Sequence record: SRR20825019_1501
Reading direction: 5' to 3' (one strand)
Length of the DNA: 45,469 nucleotides
This document shows positions 17,064 to 27,500 of the stretch, piece by piece (the first letter of the stretch is position 1; each line of letters opens with the position of its first letter). Both the position numbers and the translations under genes were made by a program. The notes below the pieces were generated by a model. The model saw only the letters and a program-made list of their open reading frames with translations. It ran no database searches and had not been told where the DNA came from.

Positions 17064-18887
17064 TTATGGCGATAGTCTTCCCAAACCGTGCTGCTCAATC
17101 AGCTTCTGCAGACCCTGCCGCAACTCAGGAGCCAGATTATAAAGAGCCGGATTATTACCCACAAAACCGATCTTGAACTGAGGTGGGTACTTCATCAGAT
17201 CGGCGAGATAGTCGCCTGTGGCCCCGATAAGCGGCACTGCGGCTGGGATATGCCGTATACCAATGTTGACGTCTTCCCGTGGACTTTCATACAGGTTGAA
17301 TACGATAGCGCCGCCGGTATCGTGGAACAGACTTCCGGAGAACCCGCCCCAATTGCCTTTCTGAACGATCGAATTCTCGATTTCACCGGTGAACATATAC
17401 TTGAACTCGTCGATACGCATGGCTCCAAAATACTGGTTGATCGTATAGGGGCGGCTGCGGCGGTTGGATTCACCTGTATCGGCGAGCAGGAACGATGACT
17501 GATCGACGCCATCAATGTAGGTTTTGTCATCGAAGAGCTTGACGATATCTTTGCCCTTGACACCGGTAATCGACATAACAGTCGGCAAGATGTCCGCGAA
17601 GTCGAACAAGCCGTCCGAGCGCCGCGGCGGGATCATGCCTTTCCAGTAGGCAAAGGTCGGCACACGCACGCCGCCTTCCCAGTTCGTCCCTTTGCAGCCA
17701 CGGAACGGTGTACGCCCATGTGGGGGAATTTCGCATTCCGGACCGTTGTCAGAGGTGAGCAGGATCAATGTGTTATCAAGCTGGTTGGTCTCATCCAGTT
17801 TGTCGATGAGCGTACCGAAGATGTCGTCCATCTCAACCATGCAGTCACTGAATACAGTGTGTGCGGCAGACTTTCCGGCGTAGTCATCGTTGGGATAGTT
17901 GTCGAAGTGGCATCCGCGTGTCGCGTGATAAAGGAAGAACGGCTTATCGCTGTCTTTCTGTTTCTCGATGAAATCGACGCTGACATCCTTCCAGTGCTGA
18001 TCGAGGTCTTTGATATAGTCGAGATCGATCAGCTTGCCGGTTTCGCATTTTTCGGTGTCTGCCGTCGTGCAATGCACTTCATTATGGCTGAAATCGTCAT
18101 CCTGCATCATTTTGAAACGAGCAGGTGAAAGAGCGATTTCAGGATTCATGTAGATGTCGCGCCATTCCGAGTACATATCCGAAACGCCGAGGAAGCCGAC
18201 ATAGTCGTCATAGCCAACGTTTTGCGGTAGCGAGCCCTTGTTTTCGCCCATATGCCATTTGCCGACGCCCTGGGTTACATACCCCTTGTCTTTCAATAAT
18301 TTCGGCAGTGTGATGGCACCATCAAGACCACCGGATTCGCCGTACATTGGTGGGCGCAAGAGTCCGTGATGGAGCGGATTCTGCCCCGTATGGATTGTTG
18401 CCCGACTTGGCGTGCAGGACGGCGTGGAATAGGCCGATGTCAGCAGCAGGCCGTCTTCTGCCAGATCGTCCATGTTCGGCGTTGCATTCCCAATTGCAAC
18501 GCCGCCGCCGTTAAAGCCAGGATCCCACCAGCCCACGTCGTCCATAAGAAAGATTATGATATTGGGCTTTTTGCCTGTTTTGGCTTCAAGTGCAGAAAGC
18601 TTTTCTGCTGCGGCCTTGTCCTGCGCCGGACGTTGCAGGGCCGGATACATGTTCGGGGCAGGCTTCACGTCTTTCATGTGAAGTGAAAACCCAGGATAAT
18701 CATAGCCCTTCGCCGATGTCGGGCCGGTGGTTGAGCCTCTCAGGTTTGCCGCATCCTGCGCAAATGCCGTGCCGGCTACAGGGGTGGCCAGAAGGAGTAT
18801 CGCTGCCGCTCCGCTGGCAAGCATCGTGGTTCGTTGCAGGGTAGGTGACCTTCCAGTCGTTCCATTCCCATCCTTTTGCATGAACAT
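17064..18887 (-). CDS. Exported Cys-type arylsulfatase-family protein
   Basis: KPNIIIFLMDDVG, formylglycine motif CTPSR, GKWHMG and TSDNG. Signal peptide and RBS GGAG. Confidence 0.93.
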   Translation of the reverse strand: MFMQKDGNGTTGRSPTLQRTTMLASGAAAILLLATPVAGTAFAQDAANLRGSTTGPTSAKGYDYPGFSLHMKDVKPAPNMYPALQRPAQDKAAAEKLSALEAKTGKKPNIIIFLMDDVGWWDPGFNGGGVAIGNATPNMDDLAEDGLLLTSAYSTPSCTPSRATIHTGQNPLHHGLLRPPMYGESGGLDGAITLPKLLKDKGYVTQGVGKWHMGENKGSLPQNVGYDDYVGFLGVSDMYSEWRDIYMNPEIALSPARFKMMQDDDFSHNEVHCTTADTEKCETGKLIDLDYIKDLDQHWKDVSVDFIEKQKDSDKPFFLYHATRGCHFDNYPNDDYAGKSAAHTVFSDCMVEMDDIFGTLIDKLDETNQLDNTLILLTSDNGPECEIPPHGRTPFRGCKGTNWEGGVRVPTFAYWKGMIPPRRSDGLFDFADILPTVMSITGVKGKDIVKLFDDKTYIDGVDQSSFLLADTGESNRRSRPYTINQYFGAMRIDEFKYMFTGEIENSIVQKGNWGGFSGSLFHDTGGAIVFNLYESPREDVNIGIRHIPAAVPLIGATGDYLADLMKYPPQFKIGFVGNNPALYNLAPELRQGLQKLIEQHGLGRLSP

Positions 18888-19903
18888 ACCAAATCTCCAT
18901 CTCTCTGTTGTGGCATCTTTCGGCGCACGTTCATTTTATATCTGTCATTATTGCAGGTTATGCGAGAATAACTTGTAAACCGCAACCAATGATATGTCTA
19001 TCGAAGTCTGCAAAAAACAGTAACGCATTACCGTGTTCTGGTTGTACCAGAGCGGTGCAGAGAAATTTGGTGTGTGAATTTTTCTTCCCGGCCTGCCATT
19101 TGCGTCATCGAGCCATGGCGCCGATCAGATTCATGTATTCGCTGCATCGCTTTCTCTGTCAGTGTCGAATTAATCAAGCTTCGATTAATACAACTTATGT
19201 TCCCGTGCGAAGCGCTCGGTCATGTGCTGGAGATATTTTAAAAGCGCTTTGAAAAAGCACGGTCACGCTTCTTGAAATTCGTCTAAATGTATAATTTTAT
19301 AATGTTTTTAACTGTCATTGCTGGCAATCAACTATCAGGAAAACTAAATTTACCTTAACAGGACTCGATGCAACTTTTCATTTGTAAACAAGGAAAACCG
19401 AATCAAGGATTGCCCCCGGACGTGCGTCTGAAAAGACCCGGCCAGGTTCAGCCGATTGCGTTGCAGCATACGAAGTATCCAGATCGGTTTTTCTAGAAAG
19501 CGCCGTAGCCTGTTAACAGGCGGATGCATGCCCTTGCATGCTGGAAATGGGGACTTCTATTGATGAAATGCTACCAAAGCGTGTGTTTTAGCGCTGAACG
19601 GGGAGCGATATCTGCATGTCAGAACAAGCAGGCCTCAGGCACGCAAACAGAATCTGAAACCGGAGCTTGTTGTGAAGCTGCCGATCCGTCGAATGCTCTC
19701 AGTAATGCTCAAAGCCGTCTTGCTTCAAGAGGTTCAAAGGCAGCGCGACAGGCTGTCTTGATGGCAGGTCACGAACTTTAAGCAAGGCTCGGGCCGGGGA
19801 AGCAGGCTCAGCGAAATCCTAGCAAGAAATCAGTCTCCGGTTGTCACCACGGCAACCGAACGGAGCCGTGCGTCCATACGCGGCGAAAAAGGGGATTATA
19901 CCG

Positions 19904-22900
19904 ATGAAAACCGACCGCAAATTATGTTCCAGAACCAGGCCAGGGCCGCTTGCGCGACGGCGCATCCCGCCGAATAAGAAATCAGTTGCATGGCCGGTTC
20001 TGCATATCGCGGATTTTATCGGCCCGTTTCTGTTTGTCGCGTTGGTGATTGGCGCCTTTGCGTTATCCCTTTTGGCCCCGGCTCATGAGGCACGGGCACA
20101 ATCGGTCCCGACGATTTCGTGCTCAACTGACGCAAACCTTTTCAATACAGGCTTTAATCCCTCCACGGGCGGAAGTTTGTCGACCGGGCAGGATCGGAAT
20201 TGGGAAGTATCGACGCTTCAGCCGGCATATTATCAAGGGCGGCTTCCGCCAGCGCTTTCTTACCGATCGGCAACGATCGTTGATTCCCCTTCCAGCGTGT
20301 GGACGGCAAAAAAGAAGACCAGCTGGATTTCGCTGAGCAATACGGGGCATCAAGGTCCACCGAATGAGGACGATAAGCGCGAGACCTATCGGGATCTGTT
20401 CTTTCGCTATCAGTTTAAACTCGATCCGCAGGTCGATCTGAACTCCATCCGCCTCAATATGGACTTTTATGCCGACGACGGCATTTACCAGGTCTGGGTG
20501 AACAAAACCCCGCAAGGCGTGCGCTCTAAGAATATCACCCCTGATTATGCACGTATACCGCCTTCTATGTACAGCGACCCCAGTGACGACTATTACTGGG
20601 CAAACAGTTACAAAGCCGGAAACCAGGAAGCCGGTGTTCTGTCGTCCGGCTTTCAGACCGGGCTGAACGAAATTGTCGTTCAGATCAAATCGCAGGCCGA
20701 GCATGTTGGTCTTCAGGCCCACTTTACGGGTACGCTGGGCATCTGCCATCCCGAACTCACGGTCAAGCAGAAGTCATCTCTGGTCAATACCGGCCGCGAT
20801 GCAAAGCCCGGCGATGAGATCAGCATTCAAGCCGATATCACCAATACGGGCCGTCTCGATTTCAGCCGCGTCGAAGCTTCTGACTCTATCAACTCCGTCG
20901 CGCTGAGCCCCAACAAGTTTGCACTCGCAAAGTCTGCGGTAGTGCCCGTATCGGGCCGTTACTCCATTACACAGGACGATATCGACCGCGGTTATGTCGA
21001 CAATAATGTAACGGCAAAGGGAACAACCAGTAACAGCCTTTCCGACACGGCTAACGACTCGAAGCGGATCAACCTGAGTCAGCGCGCCGAAATGACGGTC
21101 GACAAGAAATCCGATGGTGATGGCTCCGACTTCGTTGCAGGTGGCAAGCTGACGTACACGGTCACAGTCACCAATACCGGTAATGTGACCTTGAGCAGGG
21201 TGACGCCGAGCGATCCGCATCTTGATGCACCACTGGAGCCGCAGGGTAATTTTTCCGGCGGTCTTTCACCCGGAGAAAGCGTTGTTTTCAAGGGCGCTTA
21301 TACGCCCAATCAAGCCGAGATTGATACCGGCAGCCTGACCAACATCGTGACAGTCAGGGCAGACACGCCACCCGGCGCCGGAGATGGCGGCGGCTCGACG
21401 ATCTCCAGGAAGGGGCAAGATACAGCAACCCTGCCCGGAAAAGCGGAAATGAGCGTTTCCAAATCCGCAGATAAACCGGTGGACACCAACCGAAACGGTG
21501 TGACTGATGCCGGAGACACCATCAACTACAGGATCAAGGTTGAAAACACCGGTAATGTAACCCTCAGCAACGTTGTCGTGAATGATCCGCTGCTGGATGC
21601 CGGATCACTGTCACCTGCCTCGGTGCAAAGGCTTGATGCCCGGAAGAATATCACATTCACCGGTCGCCATACGATCACTCAGAAAGAGATAGATGCAGGC
21701 AGCCTGACAAACACAGCCAAAGTTGAGGCGAGAAGTCCGACCAATGCGGTTGTGTCAGGACGAGCAACAAACACGGTCACCTTCCCTGACGTCAGTAAAA
21801 TCGAGATCGAGAAACAGGCCGCATATGTGGCTCCGGCGTCGCGCTCGAATTTCAAGTTGGGCGACAAGCTGCGCTACACGGTCAAGGTCTATAACAAGGG
21901 CAATAAAACCCTTTCCGATATCACGGTAAAAGATCTCCTTGATGGCGTGATTCTGGTTGCCTCAAACCCGTCGATCACGACGTTGAAGCCCGGTGAAGGT
22001 GCCACCTACACGGCCACTTATGAGCCGCGGCAAGCTGAAATCGATGCAGGAGAGCTCGTCAACAAGGCGGAAGCTTCGGCGCTAAGTTCGAACGGCCAGC
22101 GCGTGAGCGCACCGCCAGCCAGCGCAACGACATATTTCGATACCAACGGTTCGCTGAATGTCACCAAAACAGCAACGCCACGCGATGATGATGGCCGTTT
22201 CAATCCCGGCGACATCATCGATTACAAGGTGGTTGTTGAAAACGAAAGCAACGTCACAATCAAAGACATCCGGCTGGAGGACTCGATTCCGGGCCTTACG
22301 CTGAACGCCAGTGGCGGTTTCAACGGCACACTCGCGGCCGGTGACAGCAAGACTTTCACGGCCAGCTACAAGGTATCAGCCTCGGATATTGACAGCGGTT
22401 CGCTGACCAACAAGGCGACGGCGAAAGGTAAGCTTCCTGATCAAACCAGTATCGAGGGTTTCGATACTGCTACGACAGAATTTGGCGCCTTTCCCGGCAT
22501 CGGAATCAAGAAAGAAGGGGTACTTAACGACGCCAACGGTAACGATGCTTACGACGTTGGTGAAACCATCGATTATAGGATTACCGTCAAAAACACAGGT
22601 AATGTGACACTGACCGGCATACTGCCGGACGACACGATCGTTCTGGATAACAATCAGGAAAAGAAACTCTCTCTTCAGCCGGATACGCCACAAACGCTGG
22701 CACCGGATCAGTCAACGGTCTTCACCGCGACATATACCGTCGTTCAGGAAGACATTGATGCCGGTGGCATGAAGAATACCGCGTCAGTGACCGGTCAACC
22801 ACCGAAACCCGATCAAACACCACCTGAAGACAGCGACGAAATCCGCGTGGCCGAGGCCAACGCAAAGTCGGAAATCGTGGCGACCCGTACAGCCAGCCTT

Positions 22901-24577
22901 CTGGACGACAACAAGAACCAGATCGGCGACGAGGGTGAGAATGTTCAGGTATCAACCACCGTTACCAATACGGGAACAACAACCCTTTATAATGTGACGC
23001 TGGACGAGGATCGCCTTTCCCCTGAAGCCAAAAGTACGTCGGGACCGACCCTTAAACCGGATGAAGAATTCGAAATCAAAGGCTCGTATGCCCTGAATTC
23101 CGAAGAGGTTCAGGCCGGTCAATCGGTCACAACCGTGGTTCCGGTCGGCGAGACGGCGAACAAGGAGAAAGTCCGCGGTGATGAAGCCTCGGCAGAAGTC
23201 ACCTGGGCCAAGCCATCACAGCTGATCGTTGAGAAGACAGGCGCTTTTATCGACGTCAACAATGATGGTTTTGCAAGCGACGGCGACGTGATCGAATACA
23301 CGATCACCGTGACAAACGACGGCGGTCAGAATGTCGTCGGCGTCAAGCCTCGCGATGAAGGCATCGTCCTTCCGGATAAAAGCAGGGGAACGGGAACACT
23401 TGGTGAATTTGAACCCGCATCCGCCGATCTTGGACCGCAAGAGGCCGCCGTTTTCAAGGCTCGCTATGTTCTGAACCGTGAAGACCTGAACCGCGCTGCC
23501 GGAGTTAAGGACGGGATCGTCAACACGGCCACCGCCACCGGTAAAGCGGGGACGCAGGAGATACCGGCAACGCCGGGTACAGCAACCACCGTTCTTCCGC
23601 TGGCCAGTCCAAGCGATATCACAATCATCAAGGAAAGCCTGGTCTCGCAAATCCGGCGCGGAGAAAAAGCCCCCTTCATCATTACCGTCATCAACAACAC
23701 CAAAAGCCGTATCGACAACATCGCGATCGTCGACACGATGCCGGCAGGTTTCCGTTTTGACGAGGACAGTGCCTCCGTCAACGGCGAAGCGGCCAAGCCA
23801 ATCGTTTCGGGGCGCAATATCCGTTTCGATGACGTTTCCGTCGAGCCGGGTGCAAAGACCTATGTCCGCCTGACGATGACTGCACTCAGTACGCTTTCGC
23901 CGGGGAAATATGAGAACCAGGCGACAGCTTCGGACCACTTTGGGCGGCCATTGTCCAGCAAGGCTTCGGCAAGTGTCACCATTCAGGTGGATCCGATTTT
24001 CGACTGCAGTGATGTTCTGGGGCGTGTCTTCGATGATGTGAACGGAGACGGTTATGTCGATGATGGCGAAAAGGGACTTCCGGGCGTACGTGTCGCCACC
24101 GCCTACGGCCTGCTCGTGACAACCGATCAGTATGGTCGCTTCCACGTGGCCTGCGCGGATCTGCCCGACAAGAATATCGGCTCAAACTTCATCATGAAGC
24201 TCGATGAGCGGACTTTGCCCACCGGTTATCATGTGACTTCAGAGAACCCGCGTGTCGTCCGTCTCACGGCCGGTAAAACAGTAAAGCTCAATTTCGGTGC
24301 CTCCGCAGGTCACATGGTCGAGGTTGATCTGACTGCGGATGCGTTCGAACCGGATTCCATTGCGCTGAAATCCGAATGGCAGGGCGGTCTCGACCAATTG
24401 GTCGCGATCCTTGGAGGCGAGCAATCGCGACTGCGTCTCAACTACCTCACCGACGGTACCGAAGATCTTGCAGGTGCACGGCTGAAAGCTGTCGCTCAGC
24501 AGATTGAAGGCCTTTGGAAGGCTCAGAGACGTCCAGGCAAGCCAGACATCTCCACGCGTATTGAAATTTCCGAATAG
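19904..24577 (+). CDS. Large surface adhesin with DUF11/DUF7507-type Ig-like repeats, SdrD-B-like domain and degenerate OmpA-like C-terminus
   Basis: ATG 19904 with AAGGGG RBS and a long signal/TM segment. Eight repeats of GDxIxYxVxVxNTGNVTL...QxEIDxGxLxNxA, one canonical DUF11 (VDTMPAGFRF), then GRVFDDVNGDGYVDDGEKGLPGV. Confidence 0.85.
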   Translation: MKTDRKLCSRTRPGPLARRRIPPNKKSVAWPVLHIADFIGPFLFVALVIGAFALSLLAPAHEARAQSVPTISCSTDANLFNTGFNPSTGGSLSTGQDRNWEVSTLQPAYYQGRLPPALSYRSATIVDSPSSVWTAKKKTSWISLSNTGHQGPPNEDDKRETYRDLFFRYQFKLDPQVDLNSIRLNMDFYADDGIYQVWVNKTPQGVRSKNITPDYARIPPSMYSDPSDDYYWANSYKAGNQEAGVLSSGFQTGLNEIVVQIKSQAEHVGLQAHFTGTLGICHPELTVKQKSSLVNTGRDAKPGDEISIQADITNTGRLDFSRVEASDSINSVALSPNKFALAKSAVVPVSGRYSITQDDIDRGYVDNNVTAKGTTSNSLSDTANDSKRINLSQRAEMTVDKKSDGDGSDFVAGGKLTYTVTVTNTGNVTLSRVTPSDPHLDAPLEPQGNFSGGLSPGESVVFKGAYTPNQAEIDTGSLTNIVTVRADTPPGAGDGGGSTISRKGQDTATLPGKAEMSVSKSADKPVDTNRNGVTDAGDTINYRIKVENTGNVTLSNVVVNDPLLDAGSLSPASVQRLDARKNITFTGRHTITQKEIDAGSLTNTAKVEARSPTNAVVSGRATNTVTFPDVSKIEIEKQAAYVAPASRSNFKLGDKLRYTVKVYNKGNKTLSDITVKDLLDGVILVASNPSITTLKPGEGATYTATYEPRQAEIDAGELVNKAEASALSSNGQRVSAPPASATTYFDTNGSLNVTKTATPRDDDGRFNPGDIIDYKVVVENESNVTIKDIRLEDSIPGLTLNASGGFNGTLAAGDSKTFTASYKVSASDIDSGSLTNKATAKGKLPDQTSIEGFDTATTEFGAFPGIGIKKEGVLNDANGNDAYDVGETIDYRITVKNTGNVTLTGILPDDTIVLDNNQEKKLSLQPDTPQTLAPDQSTVFTATYTVVQEDIDAGGMKNTASVTGQPPKPDQTPPEDSDEIRVAEANAKSEIVATRTASLLDDNKNQIGDEGENVQVSTTVTNTGTTTLYNVTLDEDRLSPEAKSTSGPTLKPDEEFEIKGSYALNSEEVQAGQSVTTVVPVGETANKEKVRGDEASAEVTWAKPSQLIVEKTGAFIDVNNDGFASDGDVIEYTITVTNDGGQNVVGVKPRDEGIVLPDKSRGTGTLGEFEPASADLGPQEAAVFKARYVLNREDLNRAAGVKDGIVNTATATGKAGTQEIPATPGTATTVLPLASPSDITIIKESLVSQIRRGEKAPFIITVINNTKSRIDNIAIVDTMPAGFRFDEDSASVNGEAAKPIVSGRNIRFDDVSVEPGAKTYVRLTMTALSTLSPGKYENQATASDHFGRPLSSKASASVTIQVDPIFDCSDVLGRVFDDVNGDGYVDDGEKGLPGVRVATAYGLLVTTDQYGRFHVACADLPDKNIGSNFIMKLDERTLPTGYHVTSENPRVVRLTAGKTVKLNFGASAGHMVEVDLTADAFEPDSIALKSEWQGGLDQLVAILGGEQSRLRLNYLTDGTEDLAGARLKAVAQQIEGLWKAQRRPGKPDISTRIEISE

Positions 24578-24588
24578 GGGTAACGCCG

Positions 24589-27500
24589 ATGACCACTTCA
24601 AATCAGGCGGTAACCAGAACCGCAAACATCACTTTCAAGAAATCACTGTTCCTGTTCGGGTTTTGTGCAGCGGCGCTGCCCTGGCCTGCTGCAAATGTCG
24701 CGTTCGCTGAAGATGCCCCTGTTCCTTTCGCCATTGCCGTGGATGGTCAGCCGCTGGTGATCGAGGGGCAGCCGGGGGGTGTCGTGAAAACGGCGCGGCG
24801 CGCTGGCCGCGTTGAAAACAAGGCAGGCAAGGTTGATATCGAGGTCAAATATGACGGCCTCGACGCCGACCCCGTGCTCAACGTCAATACGCTGGATGCC
24901 AATCGAGCCTATCGTATGGGCGAAAGCGTCTCATTCGTCACCAGTTCGAATTATCCAGCCTTCATCTCAAAGGCTGAAATTCGCATCTTCGGCGATAATG
25001 ATAATGTGACGCCGGATTCCATGCCCATTTCCGTTGTGCCGGTCCGGCTCAACGGTGCCACGATGTGGCAGCTGCCGCCGTTACCGGAGGCAAAGGATCA
25101 CCTCATCTATGTTTTGCGCGTTTATGGCGATAACGGGCTATATGACGAAACCAGACCCCGGCAGATCGAACTTTCCAACGATAATACACGGATGGATGCG
25201 ATGTCTTCGCTGGAGAGCCGTCAGAGCGTTGCAGATGCAATGAACGACACTCAAGGGGCACTGGATCTTTCAGCCGACTATACAAACACCCGCAATATTT
25301 CCATCAACGGCGGCAAGGTCACGGTCTATGGCAGCAACGTGCCGGACGGGTATTCGGTAGAAGCATTCAATGACAATGTTCCGATAGAAGACGGCCGTTT
25401 TGTCATGCAGCGGATACTGCCCGCCGGTGACAGTGATATCGACGTTACGGTGCGCAAGCCCGATGGTGAGGATGCGCTTCAGTTCTCGCGCGATGTCGAT
25501 ATTCCCGACAGCGAATGGTTTTATGTCGGTCTGGCTGATTTCACCGTCGGCCACAACAGTGGATCGGATAATGTCGAGGACGTCCGGCCCGGTGAGTACG
25601 ATGAGGTCTACACGAAGGGGCGGCTGACCTACTACCTGAAGGGTAAAATCAAGGGCAAATATCTCCTGACCAGTTCGGCTGACACCGGCGAGGGCGATTT
25701 GAAGGATATTTTCTCAGACATGGGCGAGAAAAACGCCCGCGATGCTTTGAAGAACCTCAGCCCGGACGATTACTATCCCGTTTACGGTGATGATTCCGAG
25801 GCTGTCGATGATGCGCCCACGCGCGGCAAGTTCTTTGTCCGCCTTCAGCACAATAACAGCCAGGTCATGTGGGGTGACTACAAGGTCAAGATCGACGGAA
25901 CGGAATTGCAGCGTTCTGATCGTGCGCTTTATGGTGCGCAAGCTGTCTATCAGCCGGACAAGGCAACATCGTTCGGTGTGCCCAAGACCAAAGTGCAGGT
26001 CTACGGTGCGCAGCCGGACACCCTGACGGCGACCGATCAGTTTCTCGGTACCGGCGGTTCGATCTACTTTCTGAACCACGATGATCTTCTCGCCAACAGT
26101 GAAACTCTGACGGTGGAGGTCCGTGATTCCGATACCGGTGTTATAAGGAATACCGCAACACTGGTTTACGGGCAGGACTATACCATCGATTACATTGATG
26201 GCCGGATCATGCTGAACAACCCGTTGAACTCCAAAACAGGAACGGCGGCAGCCGTCAGCGACGGTGCGGTTGGCGGCAATAATGTCTATCTTGTCGCTCA
26301 GTATGATTATGAGCCCGATTCCAATGACGTTGATGGATATGTCTATGGTGGGCGTGCGGAGCAGTGGCTTGGTGAGCATGTGCGTGTCGGTGTCACCGGA
26401 TCATCTGACAGCACCGGCGATGTTTCAAGCTCGGCCTATGGCGGTGATATCCGGCTGCGGTATACCGACAAGACATATATTGACGGTGAAATTGCCAACA
26501 CCGACGGCCCCGCGTCGGGGCAGTCAATATCGACTGACGGCGGGTTGACCTTCAGCGAAATGAATACACGGAGTATCGACAAGGGAGCCCTTGGCTGGAG
26601 GATCGCCGGTCAGGCCGATCTCTCCGATTTCAACGAGGCGGCCGAGGGGCTGCTGAAGGGATATTTCGAGCACAAGGATGCGGGTTTTACCTCGCTGACG
26701 GACGATCTCGATGCGCCCGAAACCAAATGGGGCGTCAGCGCCGACGACCTGACAATCAACGACTACCTGTCGCTGTCCATGTCCTATGACTATTATGTTC
26801 GGGACAGCTACTATAATGAAGAATCCAGCAGCATTGTTGCCGGTCGCCAGAAACAGCAGGGTGACGTGACCCTGACACAGCAGCTTAATGCAAAACTGGC
26901 CTTGTCATACGGCCTTGGCTACACGGTGCAACGCGATCCCTCCGAAACAACGGCCGGTGCCTATGGTTCGAATGGCGAACGGCTTGATGGCGGTTTGCGG
27001 CTGACCTACACGCTCGATGACGATATCAGCACGGTTTATGCTTTCGGTCAGGCCACCACCTATCGCGAAGGCAACATTGATCGCAATGACCGTCTTGGGG
27101 TCGGTACCAGCTACCAGTGGACCGAGAGGGTCGGACTGAACGGCGAAGTCTCCTACGGGACTACCGGTATTGGTGGCTTGGCCGGGATTTCCTACCGGCC
27201 GAATGACTCTGATCGATACTACGTCAACTATGTTGTCGACCCGGACCGCTCCAGCGATTGGGCGCGTAGTTACGATCTCTACGGAAATGACCTTGGAACT
27301 GTTGTCGTCGGAGCGGAAAAGAAGGTCGACGACATGTGGAGCGTCTACGCGGAGAACAACTATGATCTCTACGGCGAGCGTGTCACGACCTCAAAAGGGT
27401 ATGGTATCAAGTTCGCCCCGGATGCGATCATCACGGTTGATGCTCAATACCAGGGTGGTTTCGTTGAAGATGATACAATTGACGAGACCACGGGCCTGAA

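Noticed and set aside
1867-19319. Recurrent TTTTA..CTGTCATT motif (1867, 18934, 19306), similar to a Pho-box half-site
   Set aside because: No second half-site at 11-bp spacing. Could arise by chance in AT-rich DNA.
18908-19840. ORFs (114 aa, 85 aa) or a riboswitch in the ~1 kb region upstream of the adhesin
   Set aside because: The translations are Cys-rich and look non-coding. I could not match any riboswitch consensus; an Rfam/Infernal scan would settle it.
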